From contig CM035352.1 of assembly GCA_020137815.1 (NCBI GenBank), positions 7,936,001 through 8,000,000 on the forward strand: a stretch of 64,000 nucleotides of DNA. The letters are read 5' to 3'. The stretch's first letter is position 1, and each line of letters begins with the position of its first letter. Positions 48,718-64,000 of the stretch are shown piece by piece. A program made the translations under genes and the position numbers. Origin of the DNA: Hormiphora californensis (Eukaryota; Animalia; Ctenophora). A model generated the notes under the pieces. That model searched no databases. It saw only the letters and a program-made list of their open reading frames with translations, and was not told the origin of the DNA.

Positions 48718-51029
48718 TATATGTCAGCATTATTCATGAGATACAAGGATCCGCTCAACTTGGAGCAATAAAAAGATCTATACACTCGAATCATAAAACC
48801 TTTCTTTTTTTCACAGCTTCAAAATCCTATCTCTCTTTCTCCCTCCCCCCTGGTCTCTCTCTCCCTATCTCTAATTGCTCCTCTTTTTGCAGGAAACTCC
48901 GGAAACACAGATAAGCGCCCCAAGATTTCTACGAAGAAGGTGAGAAAGAGAAAATGACCCGCAAACAATAGCTTTTAAAAATGTGTTACAAATTGAAATG
49001 CTCCTGGTGCGAATATGAAAGCCATGCCAAGAGAGACCGCGGTTCGACAAAAAGATAGTGCGACAGTCATGCGTTTCATGATAATGGCACCTCCGTTTTC
49101 CCTCTATTTTCTATCTCTATCTTCTATTTCTCCGCGGTATTCATTCCCATTTCCGCTGAATTCATTTCCATTTATCTCGCCTGATTCTCTCTTTTCTCTC
49201 ACTTTTCTCTCTATTTTCTCTCTCTTTTCTCTCTCCTTTCTCTCTCTTTTTTCTCTCTTTTCTCCATTTATATTCGTCATCGGAAATAACTAAACTGCAA
49301 AGTGGTTTTCACAGTTTCATGCACTATTCACATGTCCCCTGTGATCTAAGTGACACACGCGACAGAGAAAAGAGATAGAAAAAAGATAGAGAGATAGAAA
49401 AAAGAGATAGAGAGATAGAAAAAAAGATTAAGAGAGAAAATGTATGTGTGATAAATTGCCATCCAATTATATGTCTCCTGACCCCTCGTGTATGTTTTGT
49501 GTGTGAATGAGCCCTTCTATTTGAATTTTGAACATTTTGAAGGCTCATTTGGGGCTAGCTATTGTTAGTAATCACTTGTTTAATCACCACTCATTCCCTC
49601 TAGTAGTCAGCCCTAATTGTTTCTCTGTCTGGTATTAAACACAGTAGCATTACGGACACATTACACACACAAACCCAGAATATAGCATAGCGTCTAGAGG
49701 GTATCATGTACAAGAGGGGAGTTGCTCCTGTTGGGAAACCCGGTGCCCCGGACCCCCAGGCTCAGGAGTACTTCACACAACGGAGGACCCAGTTACATCT
49801 TAGTCTGAGGAAAAGTAGGAGTGCAAAGGCGGATATTTCCAGTTACCGATTTCATTTGTAGGTTCCAGGGTTGACTTCTTCAATTTCTGTCTGCCTAATA
49901 TTTAAATAAAAGTACCGTCAGCTAGTGCAAGTTCCGAGGTATGGTAGGGTTTAATACCGTGATGCCTAAATGTTAGGAATTTCGTGGTCAAATAATGGTA
50001 GTGTTTGGTGGAGCTGCGAAGAAGAAATGTTTGTCTGTTATTTGTCTCAAGTTAGTGCCCCTCAGGGTGATACTCTGATCGTGTTACGGGAATCCTTCAC
50101 AAGCACATCCTAAGTTCATCTTGCCCAACAGACACCCCTCAGGGCTTGTACAGTAGCCCACTCTCCTCTTGTGAGAGACTCATTCTCCTATAGCATAATA
50201 ATTTCCTTGTAATGAGATATATTATGAGTGCGCCATGTACCCTAGGGGGCTGGGAAACGAGTTGGGGTGTTAATGATATTTAGTGATGCACAAGAGGAGA
50301 GAGATAAAGATAGAGAGAGAGAGAGAGAGAGGGGGTGGGTTATGGTAAATTGAGAACTAAGATGATTTGACTGGGAGTTAGGAACGAACTACAAAGGAGC
50401 GTGAGAGAGGGGTACCTTGTTAGATCAAAGTGACAGTGAGATATTTAATCTAATGGGAACCGGTTCATAAGAGTTAGTACACAACATACTCCCCCATACT
50501 AACAGCAGGACCCACAGCACCTGCAGTCCCCCCCCCCCCCCCCACCTGTTACAGCCTGTTACAGCTCAGCAGTCACCCTCAGACCAAGGCACTGATAAAA
50601 GAGTTCCCAACATTAGACATGCCAATAAATAACTTTCAATATGCTGCCTTATCCATCAGACAATCAGTTCTTCTAGCCAAAGCCCTATCTCGGGTCTCAG
50701 GGTATTATAAGAGTACTTGCTAAGGGACAAGGAAGAGGGAGAGAGACGGGTCAGATAGACTCCCAGTTGCCCTCTCTCTCTCTCATTTTAAGGGGTGGTG
50801 TCTGTATTTCTAATTGAATTACCCCTTATATTTTATGCGTCCAACCTCTTCATTATTCGTCTCCATCGCTTCATCGGTTTTACAAATTCACATTGGACCC
50901 CCTCTAAGAAACTCGCTCGAGCTGTACTCGACGTAGCGCGCGGAGTTGTGTAAGGTGAAATCTCGGCGCGCAAAACTCCCACACACATGGTCACCTCCTG
51001 TCACTCGTTGCCGCGTAAAAAGTCAAGTG

Positions 51030-51354
51030 TAAAGTCGGATTTTTTGAAACTGTCACCCCCCTTTTCGTGCGCGGAATGTTTTTGCGCGTCACATCACATG
51101 TTAACGTGTGGTGTGCGCGTCAAAATTGATGAATTTCACATGCGCGGTCGTTTTGGGGTGACAGTTTCAAAAAATCCGACTTTAGGAGTGTGAGACATGT
51201 AAAGTCGGATTTTTTGAAGTTGTCACCCCAAAATGACCGCGCATGTGAAATTTATCAATTTTGACGCGCACACCACACGTTAACATGTGATGTGACGCGC
51301 AAAAACATTCCGCGCACGAAAAGGGGGGTGACAACTTCAAAAAATCCGACTTTA
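51030..51354. mobile_element. Inverted pair of 155-bp MITE-like units, each with its own TIR (TAAAGTCGGATTTTTTGAA)
   Basis: 51030-51184 and 51200-51354 are reverse complements separated by a 15-bp spacer. Confidence 0.75.
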
Positions 51355-51441
51355 GGCGCCTTGATTAGCTTAGGCTTGGAGTTTCCAATTTCTTCTAATT
51401 GTCCAATCACGATAAATAATTAATCCGTGTTTCTATTTCAG

Positions 51442-54090
51442 GCCTAAGAAAGTTATGAAGGATATTAATGAACGTGACCAGTTAATGGTAAGGTTGTTTA
51501 AAAAATTGTGATTGTTTAAAAAACTGAGTTTATTTAGAAGGTTCTGTTTCTAGAAGATCTTTTAGAATTCCTAATTCCTCAAGCAGCTAGTATTATTTAG
51601 GTTCCTCACGAATCGTCCGTTTGTTTTTAACAACTTGACAGGACAAGCTACTTAGTCATAGTGCACAGTTTTTAGTGCATTACGATAGGAGGCTCTTTTT
51701 AACGGTTAAAATTGTGGTTGTTAGAGTCAACTTATTGATTCAGAGTAAAAATATGACTGTAAATTTTTGTGACTGTGAGTTTGTGTGACTGTGAGTTAGT
51801 ATGACTGTACGTTAGTGTGACTGTACGTCAGCGTGACTGTGTGTGACTGTGCAATAGACTGACTGTGACTGTGAGATAGTGTGAACAACCCCCTCCCTCT
51901 CCACACACAGGATGAAGCGAGACGTATATTTGAGATTGAAAATGAGAGCGATGAATCAGAACCATTATACGGGTTTCTCATGCGTAAAACACGTCTCAGC
52001 TGGATCCAGCGATGGTGTGTCTGCTCAGACAACTCACTTTACATCAGCAAGAGCCCTAAAGACCATCTCTCAGTCACCAAAGTGTACCTCCCCCATTATT
52101 CGATATGTCGCTCGAAGGTGGAGGAACACAAACGAGAGTGGGTGTTCAAGATATGGGCTGAGGGGAAGAAGACTATAGTGCTAGCAGCACAGACTAAAGA
52201 TAGTAGGGAGCAATGGGTTCAGGGTCTCAGGGAGGCAGCTAGGAACCACGAGAGAACTCCTGTTAACACTCTAACTAAGAGCACTATCAGACAGATAACT
52301 AGTAGTTTGTCATCCCTAAGGGCCTCCTTGGGTCGAGATCAGCGTCTTGCCTCGGTAGACCCACCTGTTAGTGAGCGACCCCGGCTCCACTCCCAGTCAA
52401 CTGTATCTGATGATGTATGGATGGAGGCCCCACAGGAGACTGTGGTTCTATCAGGGACTCTGAAGAAGAGGGGTGTTAGGGCAGCTTGGGAATCTAGGCA
52501 TTATGTGGTGATTGGACCTATATTGAGAGAGTATGTTAGTGGAACAGACGAGTGGCCACTAACAAGTCTCTACCTTCCTGGCTCAACTATATCAAGTGAG
52601 ACCGGGGGTAACCCTGCTTATCTAGTAAAGATCACACCCCCTGGAAAGGAGCCCATCCTACTGGCAGCTAAATCAATGATAGAGATGAATGTATGGGAGC
52701 AGGAGTTGGCGGCATTATCCCGGTTACCGGCTGATCCGGCCATTATCCGTGACATGGAGCCTGATTACGTAGACCTAGATAACGGACCTAGTACCTCCTC
52801 TACACATGATAAAAGTAGGTCATTACAACATGGTAATAGTGGACTCAAAACACCAACTCCTGGGAAGCGGGTCAAGTTCCAGAGGGGACATAGGAGGACC
52901 CGGTCTGATAATTATTTCAACCCGAACGAGTTGGCTCCCTTGCACAGGGGTCGGGCAGAGAGTGATGGAATTCCACCACCACCTAACCGTCCTGTCCCCT
53001 CGTTACCATGGCATCCTACCCCACCACCACGGGCAGCTAACCCTTGGACTCTGCCACCCAACCTGTCACCCAACATGGCACCCACTCTACCACCCAACCT
53101 GGCACCCATCAAACCGAGGAGACCGGCAGGTGGTGCTGCGGATTACTCCCACTATATGAGCCCTCCTGCCAGCCCTACCATGAGGGGGCTGGGAACTAGT
53201 CCAACCAGTGGTAGAGGTCTGGGAACTAGTCCACCGGGCAGAGGCATAATGAGAAATGTTCCAAGTCCTCCTGCACGAGGAATAACAACTGCCCCAAGTC
53301 CACCTGCTCGAGGGCTATCTAGTCCACCACTAAGAGGCCCAGGACCTCGCTCCCCTCTGCGGACCCCAACCCAGGGTGGTGGTGAGGATAAGAGGAAGAA
53401 TAGAGGGACCTTCATATACGATCCAGGGGAGCCATACAGTTGTTACGCCCAGAGATTGGAGGGATCTTCTCCTACCATGTTCCACAGTGCTGATGCTCTT
53501 AGCTTCCTCAACCGCCGTGCTAATACTCCTCCTGGGGTCCAGCTCCGAGAGGTGCGTGAGTGTGCGTGGTTTGATCTTGGTGTGATTACGCCTGTGTGAC
53601 ATGTGTGATTTTATCTGTGTGATTTGTGTGAAATGCGTGATTTTAACTGTGTGTGATTTGTGTCATCTGCAACTACTGTACCACAATGGTCGATAACATC
53701 AGGGGTGTTGGTGAGATTCTCTGCGTGTGAGATTTTCAGCCTCTTTGTGTGTGACAGGGCCCCGTGTGACATTACTCTCTGTGATTGATTATTCTAGCAG
53801 TTCTTTACTAGACTGAGTTCAGGTCGTGTTCAGGAAACTTCGAAGGGTTTTCAGTTTTTCTCAAGAGATATAGCATGACAGCACTCCCAGCTTCAACAAT
53901 GTTTAAAATTTCCCCTATGTTTTCACTCGCTCTACCTTATTTTCCTTCTCTCTCCCTTTCTTTTCTTCTCTCTCCCTTCATTAACTAACCAATCTCTCCT
54001 CCTGCCCAGGACTTGGAGTGTAGTCAGGCGTTCCTACGGGCCACTAAAGATTCACTTACCAGGGTAAATATACAACGTTATATAGTTTAA
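51442..54090 (+). CDS. Tandem PH-domain adaptor with Pro/Ser-Pro-rich C-terminal region. Exons 51442-51487, 51911-53551, 54010-54090 (or donor at 54064); probable upstream exon 50565-50701; start not resolved
   Basis: PH1: YGFLMRK...WIQRWCV...FKIW...LAAQTKDSREQWVQGL. PH2: SGTLKKRG...WESRHYVV...LAAKSMIEMNVWEQEL. PPPPNRP and repeated SPP motifs. Splice sites flank the large exon. Confidence 0.8.
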
Positions 54091-54866
54091 TGTTCCCACA
54101 CACGTGTACCTCAAATAATACGAAAGGGAGGGTTCTGTCAGTCTATCTTTCTATCTCTCTATCTCAAACTCACTCTATCTCACTCACTTTCTCTCTTAGT
54201 AAGCTAGTCTTCCTCTCCCTTCATTCCTTTAACTCGGAGAGGCCCGGACGTGCTGAGAAGCCTGGGAAAATTATCCATTCTCCCAATTCCAATGACCATT
54301 CCATTATTTACGGCTGATTAGCCGCTCAAAGAGTTACTAAATATAGCTCACCTCGTTATATTTGTTGATTGCTTAGTGGCGCCATCAGTTTTTTAAGAGT
54401 GGGAGCGAGAGTAGTGAGAGTAGTGAGAGTAGTGAGAGTAGTGAGAAGAGGAATGGAGATGATGTAGAAACTTCCTAGCTGTTGTAATTGTTTTTGTAAC
54501 ACTTTTGCAATATAACTTTGGTTCTGAGAATTACTATCGGATTTAGATGTTGCAAAGATCTGAACTGTTCTTGCCTTGGTTCTCTTTCAGTCACAGTACT
54601 ATTAATGTGCCCGCTCGTTTAGACCTACCCCAAATTGATCTATCTGTGTCACGTTAATCCTTTATATTGGTGTACTAAACTGAAATCATTTTGATTTCCT
54701 TGCTCGAACCCCCCCTTACCGCGCCCCGTAGGGGATTATTAGAACATTTTGATGGGTCTGAGAAATGGAGTTAGATATCCATGGGTAACTGGAGATATAG
54801 ATATGATCATCATGGAATTGACCATCTTAGATCATTTGGAGAGAGACCAATCACCAGAATTACTGT

Positions 54867-54924
<58 letters not shown>

Positions 54925-55611
54925 AGTGGTTTGTCATTGGATTACTATTATCATGTGTACACACGGTGGTTATTATTATCAGTCCATGCATTTGACCATA
55001 CCGGGAGAGAGAGAGACAGCTCATATTTCTTCAGTCACTGACTCTCTGAGCTGGTCACGCCTCCACTTTTAAAATATTACTACGGTTCGAGCAATATCGA
55101 GTATTCTCGAATTTCGATGAGTAGAGATGGGATGATCATACTGTACTTGTAACTGAACTAATTTTATATTGTTCAGCGTTTAATTTCGGACCTGTAATCG
55201 ATCCAACTAGGTTTATTAGGCCGCGTTTACTACTAATACCGTTATTAGCCAGAGTTATTGGATTCTGAGCGAGAAATATGGGAGTGAGAGAGAAGAGTGG
55301 GAAATTTTGGAGTGAGTGAGAAGAGTGGGAAATGTTAGAGTGAGAGAAAAGTGGGAAAACGATAATAGCTCTCTCTCATTTGATCACCGATTTGGCAACA
55401 TGCGGCCTGATCTCTCTGTGCAATATGAAAATTAGATGCCCACCTAACTAAGAATGATATTTAGATCCCAATGAGATTTAGGTTAGCAGTTACTGAGATG
55501 CTCATATTTGGCGAGATTGGCGGAGAGGAACGAGGGTTATAATTATGCGAGCTTGACAGGTCACTGAGACACTGAGAAGAAAGAATAGCCCCGAGATGAA
55601 ACAAAGACGGC

Positions 55612-55710
<99 letters not shown>

Positions 55711-56076
55711 TAGATTGTGCCAAATCTTCTGCCTATTATAAGATGAATAATATATGTCAGTTTATGCTTGCTAAGAATATATGTTATATTTTTCGAGTTG
55801 TTTACTCAACTTTAGAGTGTCACTTGATTTGCTCACCCAGTTTATTATGTTTTTTGTCATGCTATCTTGTGTTGTCTCTCTCTCACTCCTATCTTTCTCC
55901 CCTATCTTCAAGTCCTTTCTTTTTCCAACATGACCTCCTGTCGATTACGTCAGAATGAAATCTCAGGATACAATACATGTGTTAGACTCTGTGTACTCAT
56001 TCTTTCAGATCTTACTCACTCTGTCAGTTAGTCTCTCTCTTTTTAACGCTCTTAGACAGACCGAGATCTTCTTCTC

Positions 56077-56183
<107 letters not shown>

Positions 56184-57193
56184 TTAACTCTCTTAGACAG
56201 ACCGAGATCCTCTGATGTCACCTAGTTTTTCTTCGCATAATCTATTCATTTCTTTTCACATGGGCCGTTCATTCTGGTCTGCCTGTGAGGGGTATTTAGT
56301 GACTACCTGCTAATGACAGTTTTGTACTCTCTCTCTCTCTCTCTCTCCCTCTCTATCTCTCTCTCTATCTCTCTCTCTCTCTCTCTTTCCCTCTCTCTTT
56401 CTCTCTCTACCTTGTCTCGCACACTCGAGGCACCTGGCTGCTTGTACACACTTGATCGAGAGTCCCAGCTCTATTTGCTTTTTATCATCTCGCATGACTA
56501 TAGAAACAGCTCTTTAAAAGAGCCCTTTTTTATAGCAACAGCTCTTTTGAAAAGAGGACAACCTTATATTTTCTTGTCTATCACATGAAGCAGCCCCTTG
56601 CTCCTGTTTCTAAACAGTCTGTCATTAGTGTTTCCATAGTCTCAGCTATCATGTGGAAGAAAGTAAAGAAGCAGATCAATAAGCAGATCAACATAAACCG
56701 GGTCACCTCCTCTAGTCGGAGGTCGAGGGTTGGTAGTACCAAGGTGAGTTATTGTCTACTGAGTAGGGGGGGGGGGTTCAAGGCGATAGTACCCCCCCCC
56801 CCCCCCCCCTCCTGGAGAAAATCATTTTGCCACCCCTGTTGAGAGTTACGATTACTTAGTCAGTGAGTGTCTGAATATGTAAAAGATGTTCCTTATCCGT
56901 CCTGTTTTATAAATAGTCCAACTCTTGATCGAAGTAGTAAGACCATAGAAGTGGGTTAGAGAGAAGGAGAATGCGGGTAGAGTTTACAAAATCGGTAGGT
57001 TTTGCTGGCGCGTGTGGTACATTATTACTCTTAACTCTCTGTACTCTATCTCTCTGGTCTCTTTTTCATTATCTTTCTCTAGTCTCTAGTCTCTTACTCT
57101 CTCCATCTCATTTTTGTGGACTTCTGCAAAAGTGCACAACTGTCAACTCCAGTAGCAAGGCTGTTGACGTATTCTCGCATTTTATGTAGAGGC

Positions 57194-57281
<88 letters not shown>

Positions 57282-57619
57282 TAGATAGAAAGAGAGCTAG
57301 ATAGAAAGAGAGCTAGATAGAAAAGTTGGGTGTGTCAAGAAGTACAGTGAGAGTTCATTTCTCGTGCGAGAGACTGAGAGAAAGTTCATTTCTCTCCAAA
57401 TATCTCATTTCCTCCGCCGTTTGTTTCAAAATTTCTCTATTTCTGTCTGGAACACTTCGCCTGATCCGAACTCATTCTACCTGCTCGATCCTTTTGGTCG
57501 TGTCTGAGAAGCTCCACTTGATCGGTTGGTACCCCTGTGTGACCTGATCAGGTACTCCCTGCTTCCCTTGATCCCGTTGGAACTGATCAGGAACTCACTG
57601 GTTTACTTGCTCGCTGGAC

Positions 57620-61743
<4,124 letters not shown>

Positions 61744-61780
61744 GTATGGGGAGGGAGAGAGAGAGTGAGAGAGGGAATGA

Positions 61781-64000
61781 CAGAGTCACAGTGAGAGAAT
61801 CACAGTGAGAGAATCACAGTGAGAGAGTCACAGTGAGAGAGTCACAGTGAGAGAATCACAGTGAGAGAATCACAGTGAGAGAATCACAGTGAGAGAATCA
61901 CAGTGAGAGAATCACAGTGAGAGAATCACAGTGAGAGAATCACAGTGAGAGAATCACAGTGAGAGAGTCACAGTGAGAGAATCACAGTGAGAGAATCACA
62001 GTGAGAGAATCACAGTGAGAGAATCACAGTGAGAGAATCACAGTGAGAGAATCACAGTGAGAGAATCACAGTGAGAGAATCACAGTGAGAGAATCACAGT
62101 GAGAGAATCACAGTGAGAGAGTCACAGTGAGAGAGTCACAGTGAGAGAGTCACAGTGAGAGAATCACAGTGAGAGAATCACAGTGAGAGAATCACAGTGA
62201 GAGAATCACAGTGAGAGAATCACAGTGAGAGAATCACAGTGAGAGAATCACAGTGAGAGAATCACAGTGAGAGAGTCACAGTGAGAGAATCACAGTGAGA
62301 GAGTCACAGTGAGAGAATCACAGTGAGAGAATCACAGTGAGAGAATCACAGTGAGAGAATCACAGTGAGAGAATCACAGTGAGAGAATCACAGTGAGAGA
62401 ATCACAGTGAGAGAGTCACAGTGAGAGAATCACAGTGAGAGAATCACAGTGAGAGAATCACAGTGAGAGAATCACAGTGAGAGAATCACAGTGAGAGAAT
62501 CACAGTGAGAGAGTCACAGTGAGAGAATCACAGTGAGAGAGTCACAGTGAGAGAATCACAGTGAGAGAATCACAGTGAGAGAATCACAGTGAGAGAGTCA
62601 CAGTGAGAGAGTCACAGTGAGAGAGTCACAGTGAGAGAATCACAGTGAGAGAGTCACAGTGAGAGAGTCACAGTGAGAGAATCACAGTGAGAGAATCACA
62701 GTGAGAGAATCACAGTGAGAGAGTCACAGTGAGAGAATCACAGTGAGAGAATCACAGTGAGAGAATCACAGTGAGAGAATCACAGTGAGAGAGTCACAGT
62801 GAGAGAATCACAGTGAGAGAATCACAGTGAGAGAATCACAGTGAGAGAATCACAGTGAGAGAGTCACAGTGAGAGAATCACAGTGAGAGAATCACAGTGA
62901 GAGAATCACAGTGAGAGAGTCACAGTGAGAGAATCACAGTGAGAGAGTCACAGTGAGAGAATCACAGTGAGAGAGTCACAGTGAGAGAATCACAGTGAGA
63001 GAGTCACAGTGAGAGAGTCACAGTGAGAGAGTCACAGTGAGAGAATCACAGTGAGAGAATCACAGTGAGAGAATCACAGTGAGAGAATCACAGTGAGAGA
63101 GTCACAGTGAGAGAATCACAGTGAGAGAATCACAGTGAGAGAATCACAGTGAGAGAGTCACAGTGAGAGAGTCACAGTGAGAGAATCACAGTGAGAGAAT
63201 CACAGTGAGAGAATCACAGTGAGAGAGTCACAGTGAGAGAATCACAGTGAGAGAATCACAGTGAGAGAATCACAGTGAGAGAATCACAGTGAGAGAATCA
63301 CAGTGAGAGAGTCACAGTGAGAGAATCACAGTGAGAGAATCACAGTGAGAGAATCACAGTGAGAGAATCACAGTGAGAGAATCACAGTGAGAGAGTCACA
63401 GTGAGAGAATCACAGTGAGAGAATCACAGTGAGAGAATCACAGTGAGAGAATCACAGTGAGAGAATCACAGTGAGAGAGTCACAGTGAGAGAGTCACAGT
63501 GAGAGAGTCACAGTGAGAGAATCACAGTGAGAGAGTCACAGTGAGAGAGTCACAGTGAGAGAATCACAGTGAGAGAATCACAGTGAGAGAATCACAGTGA
63601 GAGAGTCACAGTGAGAGAATCACAGTGAGAGAGTCACAGTGAGAGAATCACAGTGAGAGAATCACAGTGAGAGAGTCACAGTGAGAGAGTCACAGTGAGA
63701 GAGTCACAGTGAGAGAATCACAGTGAGAGAATCACAGTGAGAGAATCACAGTGAGAGAGTCACAGTGAGAGAATCACAGTGAGAGAATCACAGTGAGAGA
63801 ATCACAGTGAGAGAATCACAGTGAGAGAATCACAGTGAGAGAATCACAGTGAGAGAATCACAGTGAGAGAATCACAGTGAGAGAGTCACAGTGAGAGAGT
63901 CACAGTGAGAGAGTCACAGTGAGAGAGTCACAGTGAGAGAGTCACAGTGAGAGAATCACAGTGAGAGAATCACAGTGAGAGAATCACAGTGAGAGAATCA
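61781..64000. repeat. 14-bp satellite (CACAGTGAGAGA[A/G]T)n, >2.2 kb, runs off the window
   Basis: Direct read; two unit variants. Confidence 0.97.

Noticed and set aside
49707-49814. Possible first coding exon of the PH gene (MYKRGVAPVGKPG...)
   Set aside because: Could not join it in phase to the downstream exons with confidence

Overview
Eukaryotic (animal) genomic DNA with short introns, abundant (GA)n/(GTTT)n microsatellites and small DNA transposons. A non-bilaterian such as a ctenophore is my guess, not something the sequence proves. Genes: (1) a complete ~31-exon striated-type class II myosin heavy chain gene (+, 8512-23331, ~1930-1950 aa); (2) an ORF1-only LINE-like element (+, 24257-25270) with a partial duplicate; (3) a 6-exon aldo-keto reductase (-, 28262-30527); (4) an intronless LDLa-containing class A GPCR with no visible LRRs (-, 35646-37757); (5) a tandem-PH-domain, Pro-rich gene (+, ~51.4-54.1 kb); (6) a second, partial PH-domain gene (+, ~57.6-61.7 kb) followed by a 14-bp satellite running off the window. 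The most interesting system is the isoform architecture of the myosin locus. It has a mutually exclusive exon pair encoding loop 1/switch I, a candidate internal first exon giving a headless, paramyosin/myorod-sized rod protein, alternative C-terminal tailpieces with a micro-exon, and a relic duplicated relay-region exon end. Mobile elements: three copies of a ~794-bp MITE with 3-bp TSDs, a hAT-type element containing a tRNA-like retro-insertion with a 5' inversion, a MULE-like element carrying TTAGGG repeats, and a Tc1/mariner-type foldback. Regions ~2.8-8.0 kb and ~41.7-46.1 kb look like low-quality, homopolymer-inflated assembly, and their ORFs are treated as artefacts.
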